48,315 bases of DNA from an uncultured Gemmatimonadota bacterium. GTDB lineage: Bacteria > GCA-2686955. Shown here piece after piece: positions 46,594-48,315 of this stretch. The stretch's first letter is position 1, and each line of letters starts with the position of its first letter. The position numbers were made by a program, and so were the translations under genes. Location of the stretch: contig CAZBBK010000042.1 in the NCBI GenBank assembly GCA_964490075.1, forward strand, positions 1 through 48,315, in the 5' to 3' direction. A model generated the notes under the pieces. It did no database searches. It worked only from the letters and a program-made list of their open reading frames with translations, and had not been told where the DNA came from.

Positions 46594-48315
46594 CGCAGCA
46601 CCGCCAGCTTCCCCGTGGTGTCGATCCGTTGCCCTTTCTTGGAGCCGATGACATCCACACGGTAGAAGTAGACGCCGTTGGCCACCGGACGGCCGGTGCC
46701 GTCGCGCAGATCCCAGGGAACTTCCGAGTAATCCACGGTTCTGATCAGGTCGCGTTTGGAGCTGAAGGCGCGCACCATGCGCCCCGAGGGTGTGTAGATC
46801 CTGAGCCGCACCTCGTCGACCGACGTCCAGTCGGTCTCGAGCGTGAAAGCGAAGGTGGTACCGGCCGCCGTGGCGGGGTTCGGGTAGTTGGCCAGATCCC
46901 GGATCCTGGTGCGCTCGCCGATCAGAAACGAGGTCGCCGTGCTCTGCACATTGCCGTTGACGTCTTGCACCTCCAGGCCGGCCTCGTGGGCGCCGCGGCC
47001 GAGCTTGGTGGGAGCGCTGATCGATACCAGGTTGGGATGCTGTGGGTTGGGCGAGATCGAGTAGAGCGTCGACTCCAGGGGCTGGCCGTCGATGGTGACG
47101 ACTATTCGCTCGGGCTCGACGTCGACTCCGTTGGCATCCTGCGCCACGAAGTCGAGCACCGGGCGCGGCGCGACGTAGCCTCCTTCGGCGATGCTGCGGC
47201 CCTGGCTCTGGAGCTCGATCTCGGGCGCCGTGGTGTCGTGGTTGTCGAGCACGGTGTAGATGCCGGGCAGCAGGTCTTCGGCGGCGACCGCGTCGCTGGT
47301 CGCGTTCGACCCCGCGAAGCGCACCCATTTCTGACGCATCGGGTCCCAACGGTAGAGCGCGGGATCGATCGTCTCCTGCGTGCCCAGGTAGAAGGTGGCC
47401 TCGATGGCGGAGATCGACGCGGTGGTGTCGGCAAGAGCGATCTGGTAGGCAATCTCGTGGCCTTGGTCCAGGTACTCGGCCACCTGGTAGTCGCCCTGCG
47501 CGGTCGGTTCGAACATCGAGAGCCGCTCGACGATCAGCACGGCGGCGCGATCGACCGCGCCCGGCTGCACTTCGATGTGCAAGTTGCCGTCGGCCGAGGG
47601 CTGCGGTCCCTGCGTCCCCTCGTCCACGGTGAGGGCGAAGCGATCGGCGGAGACCCTGAGCACGCGGATGTTGTTGGCCTCGGAGCTCTCCTCGAAGATG
47701 TCGCCGGGATCGATGATCGCGCGCACCAGATAGGCCCCGGAAGCCAGTCCCCACGGGATCTCCGCGCGCGCCGTCGACTTGCCGGCGACATCGATCGTTG
47801 TGAGTGTCGCTTCATCGAAAGCGTTCCACTCCTCCTCCTGCGGCATGTAGGTGGTGTCGGCCTGGATCAGGTGCGGATACCAGGCGAACTCGACATCGAC
47901 CGCGGGTGCATCGACCTGGCCGGCGTTGAGCACGTCGACGCCGAAGGAGACGCTGGTCTGGCCTCCGAAGGTTCCTTGCCTGCCGTCGGCGAAGGTCAGG
48001 TCCTCGCGGCGCAGCACCTTGTAACTCTCGGGCGCGCCGATCCATGGATCGACCCCCTGGCCTTCGGCGACCACGCGCATGAAGATCTCGCGCCCCCCGG
48101 GTTGCGCCGGAATGGTGTCGGCGGTGACGCGCGCGCCGTCGGGGCCGTCCGGTACCAGCTCCAGGGTGTCGGCGGGATCGAATCCGGAGTTGGTCGACCA
48201 GGTCAGGCGGAATCTGTCGTGCTGGCCGCCGGAGCTCACGACTGTTTTGATGAGCGCCGCCACACCGTCGCGCACGGGCGTTGGATCGGTGGTCAACGGC
48301 GCGACCACCGGGATC
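46590..48315 (-). CDS. Partial (5' truncated) large secreted protein with CARDB and FlgD/T9SS-type C-terminal domain, PorU/C25-like
   Basis: Frame open to the window edge; IDPGD..EESSEANN (CARDB), DTTAPEI..QDANGVD, VQDVNGN, NYPNP..IYTPSGRMVR..WDLRDGTGRPVANGVYFYRV; protease domain not visible in the window. Confidence 0.78.
   Translation of the reverse strand, partial: IPVVAPLTTDPTPVRDGVAALIKTVVSSGGQHDRFRLTWSTNSGFDPADTLELVPDGPDGARVTADTIPAQPGGREIFMRVVAEGQGVDPWIGAPESYKVLRREDLTFADGRQGTFGGQTSVSFGVDVLNAGQVDAPAVDVEFAWYPHLIQADTTYMPQEEEWNAFDEATLTTIDVAGKSTARAEIPWGLASGAYLVRAIIDPGDIFEESSEANNIRVLRVSADRFALTVDEGTQGPQPSADGNLHIEVQPGAVDRAAVLIVERLSMFEPTAQGDYQVAEYLDQGHEIAYQIALADTTASISAIEATFYLGTQETIDPALYRWDPMRQKWVRFAGSNATSDAVAAEDLLPGIYTVLDNHDTTAPEIELQSQGRSIAEGGYVAPRPVLDFVAQDANGVDVEPERIVVTIDGQPLESTLYSISPNPQHPNLVSISAPTKLGRGAHEAGLEVQDVNGNVQSTATSFLIGERTRIRDLANYPNPATAAGTTFAFTLETDWTSVDEVRLRIYTPSGRMVRAFSSKRDLIRTVDYSEVPWDLRDGTGRPVANGVYFYRVDVIGSKKGQRIDTTGKLAVLR

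Noticed and set aside
1-48315. CRISPR arrays, tRNA/rRNA genes, integrases, transposases
   Set aside because: None recognised by eye; intergenic gaps are short and show no periodic repeats

Overview
High-GC bacterial chromosomal window (roughly two-thirds G+C by eye). The FlgD/T9SS-type C-terminal domain and PorV-like gene suggest an FCB-related lineage, but this is inference. About 35 intact CDSs are supportable; I found no rRNA, tRNA, CRISPR array or intact mobile element. Left part: secreted S8 protease, Smr protein plus S9 peptidase, AlkP-family phosphodiesterase, a frameshifted beta-helix gene, a decayed vapBC module, a lipoprotein, and an operon of aminotransferase, atypical transketolase, AlkP and MBL hydrolase. 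Middle: DUF1015-serA-serC running into a sugar transferase, a polysaccharide deacetylase and a GT4, then a lipoprotein, a long-form PFOR, a GH-A glycosidase and proS. Right: a large minus-strand surface-glycan locus (wzx, wzy-like, methyltransferase, GT-C, GT2, four SDR nucleotide-sugar enzymes, wzc, SLBB protein) headed by a lipoprotein, a PorV-like barrel and a PorU-like CARDB/FlgD-CTD protein. Best candidates for novelty: (1) a T9SS-like sorting module physically joined to a Wzy glycan locus; (2) three sigma54 promoters in front of exported proteins, two sharing an 18-bp palindromic upstream site; (3) a long structured 5' leader; (4) a GEG-motif transketolase paired with an aminotransferase.
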